DNA of 64,000 nucleotides. It comes from an uncultured Phycisphaerales bacterium (GTDB lineage Bacteria > Planctomycetota > Phycisphaerae > Tepidisphaerales > Tepidisphaeraceae). Both the position numbers and the translations under genes were made by a program. The stretch lies in assembly GCA_963758525.1 (NCBI GenBank), contig CAVWVQ010000002.1:128001-192000 (forward strand), read 5' to 3'. Each line of letters begins with the position of its first letter. Within the stretch, counting starts at the first letter, position 1. The notes beneath the pieces were generated by a model. It worked only from the letters and a program-made list of their open reading frames with translations. It searched no databases and had not been told where the DNA came from. Below, piece after piece: positions 61,151 through 64,000 of this stretch.

Positions 61151-64000
61151 TCACAGCATCAGGAAATGCGAGTCGCTTGCGGGCGTGGCCTTTTTGGGGA
61201 TTCGGGCGATGCCGAACCCGCCGGCGATGAAGCGAGTGGACGAATCGATGGCTCGGACAGTGACATTGCGAATGGCGCTGGCGGCGCCGCCGATGAGCTG
61301 GTCGTCGCTGTCGAGATAGATGCCATCGACCGGATCGACTCCGGCGGCGATCACCGAGGTGGCGAGGCTTCCGGCGACGTTGAACGTTCGGATCAAGGCG
61401 GAGGAGAAGACGTCTGCGTCCGATCCGGAGCTGCCGAATTCACCGTCGGCGCCCAGGTTGGCGCCGGCGAGAACGCGGGCATCGGAGGCGCCCAGCAGCG
61501 AGACGAAGTTGATGCTGCCGCCGGCGGCGATGGTCCCGCCGGTGACGTTGCCAAGCGAAAGGCGGTTGATCGCGCCGGTGGCAGAAAGCGTGCCGGCCAG
61601 GTCGACACCTCTGTTGACGAAGCTGCGCAGCGAACCCGCGACGGTCACATCGCCCAACGTGACGCGACGGGAGCCACCCCGCATCGTGAGAGTGAGCGTT
61701 GCGCCGGCGCGCCTGCGGTGATGACCAGGTGAAGGCCATTGGCAGCGAGGAACGCCTGTCCCGTGCCGCCGAGGATCGAGAGAGTGACGTTGGTGTTGTT
61801 GACGCTGACGGTGAGCTTATTTCGCGCGCCTGGGCTGAAAGATCCAAGCGGGGTGCCGGCGTCTTCATCCTTGGTGCCGGCGACGCTGAGCTTGCGGACA
61901 ACGCTGGACGTGGAGATGCCGTTGGTGCCAAGGACCAGATGACCGTCGGGAGTTTGCGCGGCAAACGCGGTGGCATTGGCGGACGCGGAGCCGCCACCGC
62001 TGCCGACCGGCGCGGGCAATGTCAGATCTCCAAGCAACCCGAATCCCAGGATCGGCGCGCCGCTCGGATCGAAGGCAGCCACCGCGTTCGCGCCGGCGGC
62101 GTTGGTGGTGCCGGCGACGACGATATCGCCGCCCGGCTGCACGAACACCGCGTCGGCGTCGTCATCGGTGCCGAAGCTCGCTGTCGCCAGCCCGTTGTTT
62201 CCAAAGCTGGCGATGAGGTTCCCGTTGGCGTCGAGATGAACCAGCCCGAAGTGTTTGGCGGCGGTCTGATTGGCAACGAGAATGGAGTCATCGGATTCGA
62301 TGGCGAGTCCTTCAGTATGATCGCCGGTGGTCTGCGACGCATCGGCTGTCAGTCCTGGGACGATGACAAGGCCGGCGCTACCGAAGGTGGCGTCGGCATC
62401 ACCGGCAGTGTTGAGCCGCGCGACGACAATCTGCGCGCCCGTGCTGCCGGCCGCGATCAGGTCGCCATTGCTCTGAAAGGCAACGCTGCCGACGACGTCA
62501 GTCGCGCTGCCAACATCGAAAAGCTGGCGTCCGCTCTGCCCGAACGTGGTGACGAGATTGCCATTGGCATCGCACTCGGCAAAGGCAAAGTTTCCGTCAG
62601 ACGTTCCGCCCGCCACGATCGCGCCGGCGGTATTGCTCGTTAGTGCATAGGCCGCCTCGCTCGTTCCACCGAAGCTTGTCACGCTACTTCCGCCGGTTCC
62701 GAAGGTCGCATCGAGCTGGCCCGACTCGTTGTAGCGCTGGAGAAGAAATCCGCCGCCCGATCCGGCGACGATGAAATTGGTTCCCTGAGCAAGGACCCCA
62801 TGGAATGCTTCATTTGCCGATGCCGGCGTCGTGAGCACGCCATTGACGCCAAATCCCGCAGCGACGGTGCCGTCAGCGCTGAAAAGTTCGATCACTCCCT
62901 GCGAATTGCCGCTGGCGCTGTCCGTCTGCTCGCCGACAACCACGATATCTCCGTTGGAAAGATACGCGGTTCCCTCTGCGGCAAACGGCGCCATCACCGA
63001 ATTGCCGTGATCGAACGTGACATCGTTGGGATCGGCGGGCGTCGGGATGTTGACGACAAAGCTCGTGGTCATCCCCGCCGCCGCGTTACCGCTGGCGTCG
63101 GTCACCGAGCCGGCAGTGAGGGAAACCTGATAGGTGCCGTCCGCTGCGTAGCTCCAGCCGCCGTTGAGGGGAGTGACGGAATAGGTCGCGGTGATCGTCA
63201 GCGCGTTAGTCGAAGAGCTCTTCGTTACGCCGGCGATCGCAAGCGCGCCGGATGGGCCCCGCACCGTGATGTTGGAAGCCGCGATCGTCGCGGCGGCGAC
63301 GTTGCCCGCGTCCTTGTAGATCACCACGATCTGCTTGGAAGCGAGTGAGGCGCCGGTGATCCCCGAGACGTTGATGGCCGCGGTGGGAGGCGTGGTGTCG
63401 GGGATGGGAACGTTGACGGAAAACGAAGTCGACACGGAGAAGGCCCCGTTGCCGGTGATGTCCTTCACCTGCTGATCGACCAGGCTGACGGTGTAGGCGC
63501 CGTCGTTGGCGTGCGTCCACGACGACCCGTTCGGCGGATTGACGGCATAGGTCGCAAAGACGTCATCGGGGTTGGACGAATCGATGCTCACCGCGCCAAC
63601 GCTCGCAACCGACGGCCCGGTGATTCGAAGGTTGCCGGCAGAAATCGAGCCGAGATCGATGGCGGACGGACCGGAATATTCCGCCACGACGGCCTCGTGA
63701 GCTGCCGATGACGCGATGTTGGTCGCGGTGAGTTTTGCGACGGGCGGGATAAAACTCGCCTCGATCTCCAGCGCCGGTGCGACGCCTTTTTCGCCGGAAT
63801 CAAACTGCGCGATGCCCGCGCCGGCTTTCTTCTTCTGGGCAGCCGTCAGGTCGCTGGCTTGCGTCAGGCTTTCGATTGCGAGCGAAACGATGCTGTTGCC
63901 CAGCAATTTCTGCTGCTGCAGATAGCTGGTGAGGTCAAAGGTTTGGATCGCCGCCTTTTGCGAGCTCACGACCGCAGTTGCGCCGCTGATCTCGGAACCG
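61151..64000 (-). CDS. large secreted/surface protein with Ig-like repeats and delta-60 (beta-propeller) repeats; 5' end outside window; frameshift near 61710
   Basis: Repeats RYNESGQLDATFGTGG, RLNTAGDADATFGSAG, LDANGNLIASFGNNG; two ATY...W...DG-x-Y-x-VSL...V-x-D-x-x-GN Ig-like units; frame open to the window end. Confidence 0.8.

Noticed and set aside
3187..64000. Treating the ~15 frameshifted genes as pseudogenes or programmed frameshifts
   Set aside because: They are isolated small indels in G/C-rich contexts, with intact catalytic motifs, no in-frame stops and no slippery A/T heptamers; sequencing error is more parsimonious.

Overview
GC-rich bacterial chromosomal window. It is most likely PVC superphylum, probably Planctomycetota/Phycisphaerae-like. 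This is inferred from the prepilin/H-X9-DG proteins, a PVC-type heme c dehydrogenase, the ECF/FecR pair and a PEP-CTERM protein. No rRNA, tRNA, CRISPR array, transposase or phage genes were seen. About 15 genes carry 1-2 bp frameshifts in G/C runs or GCGC/GCAGC contexts, best explained as long-read consensus errors, so I joined the fragments. Contents from left to right: (i) a DtxR/MntR-type regulator divergent from an mntH-USP-outer-membrane-barrel operon, with a visible promoter and operator; (ii) SDR, GT87, a Zn-ribbon microprotein plus two SPFH genes with triplicated N-terminal modules, DUF302, a phosphatase, cardiolipin synthase, GT-C, FUSC, sppA and glgP; (iii) a ~12.5 kb glycosylation cluster with a BrnT-like/DUF104-like toxin-antitoxin pair inserted; (iv) a pseudokinase-FGE protein next to a catalytically dead M48-like lipoprotein; (v) a 16 kb locus of ECF sigma, FecR-LamG anti-sigma, PEP-CTERM adhesin, two [pilin-like + small partner] pairs, an oxidoreductase and a PVC cytochrome; (vi) a serine hydrolase, tag, an MmcB-like nuclease and a large delta-60-repeat surface protein. 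Locus (v) is the best candidate for an undescribed system. It has a duplicated ECF promoter (TGTCCTGATTT-N11-GGATTA) and a second repeated dyad motif, and its anti-sigma and first pilin-like protein share the same LamG-type domain. Many REP/REPIN-like and heptamer inverted repeats fill the intergenic spaces.
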